Of a DNA stretch of 64,000 nucleotides, positions 16,759-25,267 are shown one piece after another. The stretch is from the NCBI GenBank assembly GCA_017437905.1, contig JAFRWY010000020.1, positions 7,632 to 71,631 on the forward strand, written 5' to 3'. Source of the DNA: Eubacterium sp. (GTDB lineage Bacteria; Bacillota; Clostridia; Lachnospirales; Lachnospiraceae). The first letter of the stretch is position 1, and each line of letters starts with the position of its first letter. The translations under genes were made by a program, and so were the position numbers. The notes beneath the pieces are model-generated. The model did no database searches, was not told the DNA's origin, and saw only the letters and a program-made list of their open reading frames with translations.

Positions 16759-17997
16759 GTGAAGGGAGCGAAGAAGTTAAAATCCATAATTGTCATGCTG
16801 CTTGCAGCGGTTATGGTTGTCGTGTATATTCCGGCATGGGCTGAGGCCGCCGGGGAACCGGCAGTGATCGACAGGATCGAATTGAAGGTGGAAGTAAAGA
16901 CGGATGTGGGAGAGGCTCCTGCCATCTCTGCAGAGTGTCTGACGGAAGGCGTGACACTGGATGCGGCATTTCTGGAGTCCGTGATCGGTGATATCCAGCA
17001 GGAAGCCACTACACAGAAACAGTTCTACACGGATGAAGCAAGGAATCGGAAACTGGGAAAGAATCTGCTGACAGAGATTGAGGCGGAATCCGAGTATGAT
17101 TTCGGAGTGATCCTGGAGGTGAAGGATCTTTCTGCATACACCGTTGACAGGAGTGTTGTGATCGTATGTAACGATGTGGAGTACATTGCATCCGCAAGAG
17201 AGATCAACAAAACAACGACCGGTATTGTCATCGAGAAGGTGCTCTTCAGGATCGATACTTTTCAAACGGAATCCTTCGACGGCTGGGTGGAGGATGACGG
17301 TTATAAGTATTACTACCGGGAAGGACAGATGGTCACCGGCTTCTGCGGGATTGATAATAAGACGTATTATTTCGCATTTAACGGTGTCATGGCAACCGGC
17401 TGGCAGGAACTCGGGGAAAATAAGTGGTATTACTTCGGAGAAGATGGTGTCATGGCAACCGGCTGGCAGGAACTCGGGGAAAATAAGCGGTATTACTTCG
17501 GAGAAGATGGTGTCATGGCAACCGGCTGGCAGGAACTCGGGGAAAATAAGTGGTATTACTTCGGAGAAAATGGTATCATGGTAACCGGCTGGCAGAGCAT
17601 CCGCAGCAAATGGTACTACTTTAAGAACGGTGTGATGCAAAACGGTTGGAAAAAGATCGGTTCGGACTGGTATTATTTCAAGAGCGGTGTGATGCAGACG
17701 GGCTGGACAAAGATCGGTAACAAATGGTACTACTTCTTAAAAGGCGTGATGCAAGACGGCTGGAAGAAGATCCTTGGGAAATGGTATTACTTTAAACAAG
17801 GCGTGATGGTGGACAAATGGCAGCGGATCGACGGCGGCTGGTACTATTTCAAAGGCGGTGTGATGCAGACCGGCTGGAGGAATTTCAGTGGTAAGTGGTA
17901 TTATCTGCAAAAGAGCGGCCTGATGGCAACCGGAAAACTGCAGATAGGAAAAACGGTTTACTACTTCGGCGGCAACGGGATCTGCAAGAACCCGTAA
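16759..17997 (+). CDS. Secreted protein with a unique N-terminal domain of about 160 aa plus CW_binding_1 repeats
   Basis: GTG start 7 nt after GGAGG. Signal peptide VKGAKKLKSIIVMLLAAVMVVVYIPAWAEA. The C-terminal half is repeats such as GWQELGENKWYYFGEDGVMATGW and GWKKIGSDWYYFKSGVMQTGW. Confidence 0.85.
   Translation: MKGAKKLKSIIVMLLAAVMVVVYIPAWAEAAGEPAVIDRIELKVEVKTDVGEAPAISAECLTEGVTLDAAFLESVIGDIQQEATTQKQFYTDEARNRKLGKNLLTEIEAESEYDFGVILEVKDLSAYTVDRSVVIVCNDVEYIASAREINKTTTGIVIEKVLFRIDTFQTESFDGWVEDDGYKYYYREGQMVTGFCGIDNKTYYFAFNGVMATGWQELGENKWYYFGEDGVMATGWQELGENKRYYFGEDGVMATGWQELGENKWYYFGENGIMVTGWQSIRSKWYYFKNGVMQNGWKKIGSDWYYFKSGVMQTGWTKIGNKWYYFLKGVMQDGWKKILGKWYYFKQGVMVDKWQRIDGGWYYFKGGVMQTGWRNFSGKWYYLQKSGLMATGKLQIGKTVYYFGGNGICKNP
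17383..17571 (+). repeat. Three near-identical 63-bp tandem repeats inside the repeat-protein gene
   Basis: Copies start at 17383, 17446 and 17509. Each encodes GVMATGWQELGENK(W/R)YYFGE(D/N). Copies 1 and 2 differ by essentially one base (tgg/cgg). Confidence 0.9.
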
Positions 17998-18006
17998 CAA
18001 CAGAGT

Positions 18007-18049
18007 GGTTTCCCTGCATGCGGGCGCATGTGGGGAAACCGCTTTTTTT
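18007..18049 (+). terminator. Rho-independent terminator
   Basis: GGTTTCCC...GGGGAAACC hairpin followed by GCTTTTTTT. Confidence 0.7.
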
Positions 18050-18173
18050 CATTCTTATGGTTGAAGAAAACTATGTGAAATGATAGAATAAAATGGACTG
18101 TGAACGGTCAGACAGAGCGCTCCGGCAGCAGGAGAACTGAGGGGCGTTACTTACTATTTCTGGAGGGTTACAT

Positions 18174-20399
18174 ATGGACGAGAGACTTCATCACTGGATC
18201 AACTGGATCCTGTATGACGAGTTGATGGACGGGAAGATCAATGCGCCGAAGCATCTCCTCGGAAATCATGATTTCGGAGACGGTCAGGTGATCACCTGCT
18301 ACAAGCCGCATTCCTCGGGCGTTTCGATCAAAACGCCTGCCGGCAAGACATTGACGCCGATGGAGAAGGTCGGTGAAGATGGATTCTATGGCATCTATTT
18401 CCCGAAAAAGAAATTCAAGGGATCCAATTACCATTTTGTTACGGAATACTATGACGGAACATCCGTGGACACCGCAGACTGCTACAGCTTCGACGGTCAG
18501 ATCACGGATTATGACGCGTATCTTTTTGCGGAAGGCAAGAACTACGACATTTACAATAAAATGGGTGCCCACCCCATGACCATCGACGGTGTGAAGGGTA
18601 CCTACTTCGCGGTCTGGGCACCGGATGCCCGGAGAGTCTCCGTAGTTGGTGATTTCAACATGTGGGACGGTGCGCTGAATCCCATGCAGATCCATCCGGC
18701 TTCCGGAATCTACGAACTCTTTATTCCGGACGTACTTCCGGGTGCGGTCTACAAGTTCCAGATCCTGACCCGTTTCGGTGAGATCCTCTACAAGGCGGAT
18801 CCCTACGGCAATCAGGACCAGGTGCGGCCGGACAACGCCAACATCGTTGCGGATCTTTCCTACAACTGGAAGGATACGGAATGGATCGAGAAGCGGAAGG
18901 AGATGAGCCGCGTGGACCGCATCAAGCAGCCCATGTCCATCTACGAATGCCATCTCGGTTCCTGGAAGAAGAAGGTGGAGGATTCCGATTTCGGTTTCTT
19001 TACATATCGCGAGCTGGCAAAAATGCTGGGAGACTACGTGACCGAGATGGGTTACACCCACATCGAGCTGATGGGTATCGCCGAGTATCCCTTCGACGGT
19101 TCCTGGGGGTATCAGGTAACGAATTATTTTGCACCGACTTCCCGCTACGGAGTCCCCACGGACTTCATGTATTTCGTGGATGAGATGCACCGCCGGGGCA
19201 TCGGCGTGATCCTGGACTGGGTACCGGCTCATTTCCCGCGGGATGCCCATGGCCTGGGACGTTTCGACGGCATGCCCCTTTACGAAAATGCGGATCCCCG
19301 CAAGGGCGAGCATCCGGACTGGGGTACCTACATCTTTGATTACGGCAGAAATGAAGTCATCAATTTCCTCACCTCCAACGCACTGTTCTGGGTGGAGAAG
19401 TATCATATCGACGGCCTGCGGGTGGATGCGGTGGCTTCCATGCTGTACCTGGATTACGGGAAGCGGGACGGAGAATGGGTTGCCAACAAGGACGGCGGCA
19501 AGGAGAATCTGGAAGCCATCGCCCTGCTGCAGAATATCAACAAGGTGATGGAAGAGCGGAACCCCGGCGCATATCTGATCGCCGAGGAGTCCACCGCATG
19601 GCCGGGAGTTACGGCACCGGCGGATATGAAGGGTCTGGGATTCCTCTTCAAGTGGAACATGGGTTGGATGAATGATTTCCTGGAATACATGAAGCTGGAT
19701 CCGTATTTCCGGAAGTTCAACCATAACCGGCTGACCTTCAGTCTGTCCTACACCTATTCCGAGAACTATATCCTCGTGATCTCCCACGATGAGGTGGTTC
19801 ATTTGAAATGCTCCATGCTGAACAAGATGTCGGGTCTGGAGTTCGACAAGTTCGCAAACCTCCGTACGGCATACGGCTTCATGTGCGGCCATCCCGGCAA
19901 GAAGCTGCTCTTCATGGGACAGGAATTCGCACAGCTCCGGGAGTGGTCCGAGGCACGTTCCCTTGACTGGTATCTGCTGGACGACCCGAAGCATAAGGGC
20001 ATGCAGGACTTTGTAAAGGACCTGAACCATATGTACACCAGGTACGATGCGCTGTATTACAATGACAATGATGTCATGGGCTTCGAGTGGATGAAGGTGG
20101 ACGATGCGGATTCCGGCATCGTGGCATTTGTCCGGAGAGGTAAAACAGCGAAGGATCAGCTGCTCTTCATCTGCAATTTCGTACCGGTGGAGCGGAAGGG
20201 TTACCGGATCGGTGTTCCCTGCATTTCCAGCTACAAGGAGATCCTGTCCTCGGATGATCCGAAGTACGGTGGTCTCGGCCGGAACAACAAGAAGGCCATC
20301 AAGGCAGAGGCGGAGCCCTGCGACCGCATGAAGAATTCCATCGTTCTGGATGTACCGCCGCTTTCCGTGACAGTCATGAAATATGACTTTAAGGAGTAA
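18174..20399 (+). CDS. glgB: 1,4-alpha-glucan (glycogen) branching enzyme, GH13
   Basis: Full-length match to the GlgB pattern: N-terminal CBM48-like region, then GH13 motifs GIGVILDWVPAHF, HIDGLRVDAVASMLY, IAEESTAWPGVT and LVISHDEVVH. Confidence 0.93.
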   Translation: MDERLHHWINWILYDELMDGKINAPKHLLGNHDFGDGQVITCYKPHSSGVSIKTPAGKTLTPMEKVGEDGFYGIYFPKKKFKGSNYHFVTEYYDGTSVDTADCYSFDGQITDYDAYLFAEGKNYDIYNKMGAHPMTIDGVKGTYFAVWAPDARRVSVVGDFNMWDGALNPMQIHPASGIYELFIPDVLPGAVYKFQILTRFGEILYKADPYGNQDQVRPDNANIVADLSYNWKDTEWIEKRKEMSRVDRIKQPMSIYECHLGSWKKKVEDSDFGFFTYRELAKMLGDYVTEMGYTHIELMGIAEYPFDGSWGYQVTNYFAPTSRYGVPTDFMYFVDEMHRRGIGVILDWVPAHFPRDAHGLGRFDGMPLYENADPRKGEHPDWGTYIFDYGRNEVINFLTSNALFWVEKYHIDGLRVDAVASMLYLDYGKRDGEWVANKDGGKENLEAIALLQNINKVMEERNPGAYLIAEESTAWPGVTAPADMKGLGFLFKWNMGWMNDFLEYMKLDPYFRKFNHNRLTFSLSYTYSENYILVISHDEVVHLKCSMLNKMSGLEFDKFANLRTAYGFMCGHPGKKLLFMGQEFAQLREWSEARSLDWYLLDDPKHKGMQDFVKDLNHMYTRYDALYYNDNDVMGFEWMKVDDADSGIVAFVRRGKTAKDQLLFICNFVPVERKGYRIGVPCISSYKEILSSDDPKYGGLGRNNKKAIKAEAEPCDRMKNSIVLDVPPLSVTVMKYDFKE

Positions 20400-20436
20400 G
20401 CGGGAGCATCATATATTTTGGTAAAGGGGTATTAAA

Positions 20437-21981
20437 ATGACAACGTCACAAATCGGTATTCTGGTTGCCATCGGTGTTTACCTGGTGGGTATGCTGATCA
20501 TCGGTTTCATGGCTTCCAGAAACACTAACGATGTCGGGGATTTCTATCTGGGCGGAAGAAGACTCGGACCCTTTGTCACTGCCATGAGTGCAGAGGCATC
20601 GGATATGAGCTCCTACCTGCTGATGGGTGTCCCGGGACTTGCGTACTTTTCCGGTATCGCAGATGCAGGCTGGACAGCCTTCGGACTGGCAGTCGGAACG
20701 TATCTCAACTGGCTCTTCACGGCGAAGCGGCTTCGTAATTACTCTGAGAAGATAAATGCGATCACCATTCCGGAGTATTTCAAGAAGCGTTTCCGCGATA
20801 AGAGTAATGTAACACTTCTGGTGGGAGCCATCGCCATCATCGTATTCTTCGTACCGTATACCGCATCCGGTTTCTCCGCCTGCGGAAAGCTGTTTATGAA
20901 TCTGTTTGATGTGAAGTATGAGGTGGCCATGGTGATCTCGGCCATTGTCATCATCGCCTATACAACCACCGGTGGATTCCTGGCAGCTTCAAGGACCGAC
21001 TTCGTTCAGTCCATCGTTATGTCCATCGCGCTGCTGATCGTGCTCGGCTATGGTATCTATCATGCCGGCGGCTTCGGAGCCGTGGTTGATAACGCAAATA
21101 AGCTTGCGGGATATCTGGACATCAATGCGACCTTTAACAATGTGACAGGCTCCGCAGACAGCTACGGGATCTTCAACAAGATCACCATGTTCTGCTGGGG
21201 ACTCGGCTACTTCGGTATGCCGCACATCCTGCTCCGTTTCATGGCAGCAAAGGATGCAAAGCAGCTGAAGCTGTCCCGCCGCGTCGCATCCGTATGGGTT
21301 GTGATCTCCCTTTCGGTAGCAGTATTCCTGGGCGTTGTAGGTCGGGCTATGACCCAGACCGGTGCACTGGATTCCCTGATCGAGGATCCTACCAGCTCCT
21401 CCAAGGCTGAGACGCTGATCGTGGTTCTTGCAAGACATATCGCAGAGAACGGCTTCGGCTACGCTCTGATCGGCGGTCTGATCATCGCGGGTATCCTGGC
21501 ATCTACCATGTCCACGGCAGACTCCCAGCTGATTGCCGCTTCCAGTGCGGTATCCGAGAATATCTTCCGTGATACCTTCAAGATCAAGATGAGCGACAAG
21601 GCAGCCATGCTGACCGCGCGTCTTACACTGATCGTGGTTGCAGTTCTCGGTGTGATCATCGCATGGAATCCGGACAGCTCCGTATTCAGTATCGTTTCCT
21701 TCGCGTGGGCAGGCTTCGGTGCCGTTTTCGGACCGATCATGCTGTTCTCCCTGTTCTGGAAGAGAACCAATGCGGTGGGTGCCATCGCCGGTATGATCTC
21801 CGGCGGAGCCATGGTATTTATCTGGAAGTACCTGGTTCGTCCCATGGGAGGCGGATGGGATCTCTACGAGCTGGCTCCGGCATTTGCCGTATCCGCGATC
21901 TTTATCGTGGTATTCAGTCTCGTAACGAAGAAACCATCGGAAGAGATCGAAGCGGAGTTTGAGGAAGTAAAGGCTATGTAG
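20437..21981 (+). CDS. putP: Sodium:proline symporter (SSS family)
   Basis: The N-terminal sequence DFYLGGRRLGPFVTAMSAEASDMSSYLLMGVPGLAY closely parallels E. coli PutP. It has about 13 TM helices. Confidence 0.88.
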   Translation: MTTSQIGILVAIGVYLVGMLIIGFMASRNTNDVGDFYLGGRRLGPFVTAMSAEASDMSSYLLMGVPGLAYFSGIADAGWTAFGLAVGTYLNWLFTAKRLRNYSEKINAITIPEYFKKRFRDKSNVTLLVGAIAIIVFFVPYTASGFSACGKLFMNLFDVKYEVAMVISAIVIIAYTTTGGFLAASRTDFVQSIVMSIALLIVLGYGIYHAGGFGAVVDNANKLAGYLDINATFNNVTGSADSYGIFNKITMFCWGLGYFGMPHILLRFMAAKDAKQLKLSRRVASVWVVISLSVAVFLGVVGRAMTQTGALDSLIEDPTSSSKAETLIVVLARHIAENGFGYALIGGLIIAGILASTMSTADSQLIAASSAVSENIFRDTFKIKMSDKAAMLTARLTLIVVAVLGVIIAWNPDSSVFSIVSFAWAGFGAVFGPIMLFSLFWKRTNAVGAIAGMISGGAMVFIWKYLVRPMGGGWDLYELAPAFAVSAIFIVVFSLVTKKPSEEIEAEFEEVKAM

Positions 21982-22025
21982 AACCGGCAGGCTGCTGTGG
22001 CCGACCGGACATCAATGCACATAAC

Positions 22026-22065
22026 AAAAGGAGGCACCGTGGCCCAGGCTGCGGTGCCTCCTTTT
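22026..22065. terminator. Bidirectional terminator between convergent putP and ung
   Basis: AAAAGGAGGCACCG ... CGGTGCCTCCTTTT, with A and T runs on both sides. Confidence 0.7.
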
Positions 22066-22091
22066 TCCTCTTTTCTTTGACCCGGCCCTTC

Positions 22092-22760
22092 TTACCGGAT
22101 GGTCCAGTCGACGGGTGCAACCCCGTGTTCTTCAAGGAAATGATTCGCTTTCGAAAAATGCTTACATCCGAAGAAGCCCCGGTATGCGGAAAGGGGACTG
22201 GGATGGGGTGCTTCCAGTACCAGATGTTTCGGATTGGTAAGCATGGAGCGTTTGCTTCTGGCAAATCCGCCCCAGAGAAGGAAGACGATGGGCCGGTCCA
22301 CCTCATTTACCGCCCGGATCACCGCATCCGTGAATTCCTCCCAACCCTTGTTCTGGTGGGATGCGGCCGCATGTGCGCGGACCGTAAGCACCGCATTCAG
22401 CAGTAACACTCCCTGCTCTGCCCAGTGGGTGAGACAGCCGTGGTCCGGAATCTCAAATCCAATATCATCATGGAGCTCCTTATAGATATTCTGCAGCGAC
22501 GGCGGAATATCCACACCCTGCTGCACGGAGAAACAGAGCCCGTGGGCCTGCCCCGGCTCGTGATAGGGATCCTGTCCGATGATCACCACCTTTACTTCGG
22601 AAAGAGGCGTCAGGTGGAAGGCGTTGAAGATATCGCCGGCGGGCGGATAGATCGTCCGGGTGGCATATTCCTGATGGATGAATTCGTACAGCTTCCGATA
22701 GTAGGGCTTTGCATATTCGGCCTTCAGTACCGGAGCCCAGTCATTTGTGATCTGCGGCAT
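22092..22760 (-). CDS. ung: Uracil-DNA glycosylase (family 1)
   Basis: Motifs VVIIGQDPYHEPGQAHGLCFSV and HPSPLSAYRGFFGC, about 222 aa, collinear with E. coli Ung. Confidence 0.95.
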   Translation of the reverse strand: MPQITNDWAPVLKAEYAKPYYRKLYEFIHQEYATRTIYPPAGDIFNAFHLTPLSEVKVVIIGQDPYHEPGQAHGLCFSVQQGVDIPPSLQNIYKELHDDIGFEIPDHGCLTHWAEQGVLLLNAVLTVRAHAAASHQNKGWEEFTDAVIRAVNEVDRPIVFLLWGGFARSKRSMLTNPKHLVLEAPHPSPLSAYRGFFGCKHFSKANHFLEEHGVAPVDWTIR

Positions 22761-22835
22761 GGATAAACTCCTTTTTTATGAATCTTTGTTTCATGCATCA
22801 TCATAACGCAAAAAGAGGGAGGGAACAAGAATTAC

Positions 22836-22864
22836 TTGTTTCTTTCGCCTTCTCGTGATAAAAT
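22836..22864 (+). promoter_or_regulatory. Putative promoter with extended -10
   Basis: TTGTTT (22836-41), a 17-nt spacer containing TG (22856-57), then TAAAAT (22859-64). Confidence 0.35.
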
Positions 22865-22902
22865 CTAATACTGAGAGCTTTCAACTGAAGGAGTAAACCC
22901 CA

Positions 22903-24651
22903 ATGATTCAGAAGCTATTCAAATCGATGGTGATATCGCAGATCGTTTCCGCCATGGCGGTTATGCTCTGTCTTGTCATAGACAGTATTATGATCAGCCG
23001 GTTCCTCGGAACGGATGCCATGGCAGCCTACGGATTTGCGAATCCGGTGCTGCTTGTCTTTGCGTCCTTCGGAAGCCTGCTTTCCAGTGGTATTCAGGTT
23101 GTCTGCAGCCGTGCCATGGGCAAGGGTGACGAAGAAACGATCAACCGCTGCTATTCCCTGTCCGTGATCATAGCAACCGGAGTCTCACTTCTGGGCGTTC
23201 TGCTGGTGATCGTTTTCATTGATCCGCTCTGTGTGGTTCTGGGAGCGAAGAAGGGAACGGCGGTGTTCGAACTGACGAAGGACTATCTGATCGGATTCGT
23301 TCTCGGTGCTCCGTTCTTCATCGCAGCCCAGATCCTGGTACCTTTCCTGCAAATGGCGGGTCAGCGCACCAAGCTGGTGGTTGCCGTGCTCAGTATGACG
23401 GTTTCGGATATCGCATTTGACCTGATCAACGTATTCTGGCTGAAGAAGGGCACTCTGGGTATGGGACTTGCGTCCACCCTCAGTTATGTAGTGGCAGTAG
23501 CCATCGGTATCGTATATTTCTTCCGGAAGGAATGCATCTACAAGTTCCGGGCAAAGAATCTCGGCAACGGACTTTTCAAGGAGATCGCAAAAGGCGGTGT
23601 CCCCACCATGGTGAATCAGGTAAGCCTTGTGCTTCTGGTATATCTGGTCAATCATACCATGGTCCGTGTGGGTCAGGAAGTGGCGGTTGCAGCCTATGCG
23701 GTAGTATCGACCATCGCCAATATCGGTTACTGTATCGGAAACGGTATCTCTGAGGTGACCCTGATGCTGGCAAGTATCTCCTACAATGAAGAAGATGAGA
23801 AGTCTCTCAGCGAGATCGTTAAGAATCAGACGATCTTCTCCATCGGTATCAACCTTTTTGCGGCAATCGTATTCCTTGTGCTTGCGGAACCGGTAGTGAG
23901 TCTGTTTGCTCCGGCGGATACGCCCGAGCGGGGGCCGGCGATCTTCGGACTCCGGATCTTTGCAACCTGTCTGATCATCAGCTCGATCAATGCAGCATTT
24001 AAAAAATACTATCAGGCCATCAACAAAGTCCGTTTCTCGGAATCGATCTCCCTTATGCAGAACCTGGTCTTTCCTGCATGCGTCGTGGTTTCCTTCGGTG
24101 CATTGTTCGGAACCTCCGGTGTATGGTTCTACTATCCTCTGGGTGAGGTCCTGTCCCTGATCTACATTTCCGTCTATGTATGGAAAAAGAGCGGGGCCCG
24201 GTACGGCAGTCATAAGAGCTTTGTCTGTCTTCCGAGAGGCTTCGGAGCGGCGCCCGGTGAGGCCGTGGAGATGGATATCAGGAAAGTGGAGGATATCCAG
24301 GAGGCTGCGATAGAGGCGTCGGAATTCTGCGCTGAGAAGGGTGTATCGAAACGGAAAGCCATGTATACGGCGCTCTGTATTGAAGAGATGGCCAACAATA
24401 TCGTTACCCACGGATTTGTGGAGGGTAAGGATAATCAGATCGATATCCGTATCGTTTACAGGAACGATGAACTGATCGTCCGGATCCGTGATAACTGCAA
24501 GGGCTTTGACCCGGTAAAGTATTATGAAATGATGCGCCCCGACATGGATGATCCCACGAAGCATATTGGTATCCGTATGGTCTTCAAGATGACGAAGGAC
24601 ATCAAGTATGTGAATTCTCTGGGACTGAACTGTCTTACCATGAAGATCTGA
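22903..24651 (+). CDS. MATE-family transporter fused to a C-terminal GHKL/anti-sigma-factor-kinase-like ATPase domain
   Basis: The first ~440 aa have 12 TM helices with MATE-type repeats (AMAAYGFANPVLLVF and VAVAAYAVVSTIANIGY). The C-terminal ~130 aa carry an N-box-like EEMANNIVTHG, IRDNCKGFD and GIRMV, resembling SpoIIAB/RsbW-type HATPase_c_2 domains. Confidence 0.7.
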   Translation: MIQKLFKSMVISQIVSAMAVMLCLVIDSIMISRFLGTDAMAAYGFANPVLLVFASFGSLLSSGIQVVCSRAMGKGDEETINRCYSLSVIIATGVSLLGVLLVIVFIDPLCVVLGAKKGTAVFELTKDYLIGFVLGAPFFIAAQILVPFLQMAGQRTKLVVAVLSMTVSDIAFDLINVFWLKKGTLGMGLASTLSYVVAVAIGIVYFFRKECIYKFRAKNLGNGLFKEIAKGGVPTMVNQVSLVLLVYLVNHTMVRVGQEVAVAAYAVVSTIANIGYCIGNGISEVTLMLASISYNEEDEKSLSEIVKNQTIFSIGINLFAAIVFLVLAEPVVSLFAPADTPERGPAIFGLRIFATCLIISSINAAFKKYYQAINKVRFSESISLMQNLVFPACVVVSFGALFGTSGVWFYYPLGEVLSLIYISVYVWKKSGARYGSHKSFVCLPRGFGAAPGEAVEMDIRKVEDIQEAAIEASEFCAEKGVSKRKAMYTALCIEEMANNIVTHGFVEGKDNQIDIRIVYRNDELIVRIRDNCKGFDPVKYYEMMRPDMDDPTKHIGIRMVFKMTKDIKYVNSLGLNCLTMKI

Positions 24652-24725
24652 CACCGGGTCCGGAATCTTTCCGGCCCTGGAGTCCCGGGATCCATAAACC
24701 GGTGGTATAGCAGGATTGAAAATGC

Positions 24726-24754
24726 TTGACATCCGCGGACGCCCGTGGTAAAGT
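24726..24754 (+). promoter_or_regulatory. Sigma-A-type promoter of the leuA leader
   Basis: TTGACA (24726-31), a 17-nt spacer, then TAAAGT (24749-54). Confidence 0.6.
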
Positions 24755-24774
24755 TTGTCTCATCAAACAGAATA

Positions 24775-25057
24775 TGTAAAAGCGATGACAAGGAGTAGTA
24801 GGAGTTCGGAACCTTGCAGAGAGCTGCCGGTTGGTGTGAGGCAGCAGGGGAGGAACATCTGAACTGACCTTCGAGCAGCCGGGGCGAAAGGCAGATGCCG
24901 AGTAGTTGCGGACGGGTCCCGACCGTTATATCGGGAGGATATAAGATTTCGTATTGGAATCCGTATCTGCGATGAGGCCTTACAGTACGTAAGGTGAAGT
25001 AGAGTGGTACAGCGTGTTACAACGCCTCTACGGGGGAACCCGTGGAGGCGTTTTCTT
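24775..25057 (+). promoter_or_regulatory. T-box leader riboswitch, leucine (CUG) specifier, with terminator
   Basis: Stem I elements are GCGAUGA (24782-88), AGUAGUA, AGAGAG (24828-33) and GGUUGGUG (24839-46). The specifier context GAA-CUG-A-CCUUCGAGCA places the codon at 24864-66. The T-box sequence AGAGUGGUACAGCG is at 25001-14. A 13-bp terminator stem (25022-25051) is followed by a T-rich run (TTTCTT). Confidence 0.85.
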
Positions 25058-25267
25058 ATGTGCTTCATCAGATTAATGTGTGATGAAGGTGTGGATTGGA
25101 AGGCCGGATAACCGGTAACGAGCGGTTTGATGGTGTTCGACGGACACAAGGCGCAATGCAGGCGCGAGCCGGTCCGAGCCAACGATTACCTGACGGTATT
25201 GGCCGGCATGAATTTGTTGAAAAAGAAAAGGTTTCATAGTACAATAAGAGATTGGAGGATTGACATT

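Noticed and set aside
12672-16759. Interpreting the rpsT/holA orientation as evidence of horizontal transfer or inversion
   Set aside because: No repeats, integrase or compositional break is visible by eye. Gene-order variation here cannot be assessed without comparative data.
17383-17571. Possible CRISPR-like or minisatellite array (also the 9070-9250 and 56688-56885 tracts)
   Set aside because: The repeats are directly abutting with no spacers. They are in frame within long ORFs and encode sensible protein repeats, so they are coding tandem repeats rather than CRISPR.
18168-20030. 620-aa ORF on the minus strand
   Set aside because: It is exactly antisense to the full-length glgB gene, whose product has unmistakable GH13 motifs. 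The antisense product is His/Val/Gly/Arg-rich with no motifs, a typical artefact of GC3-biased coding DNA.
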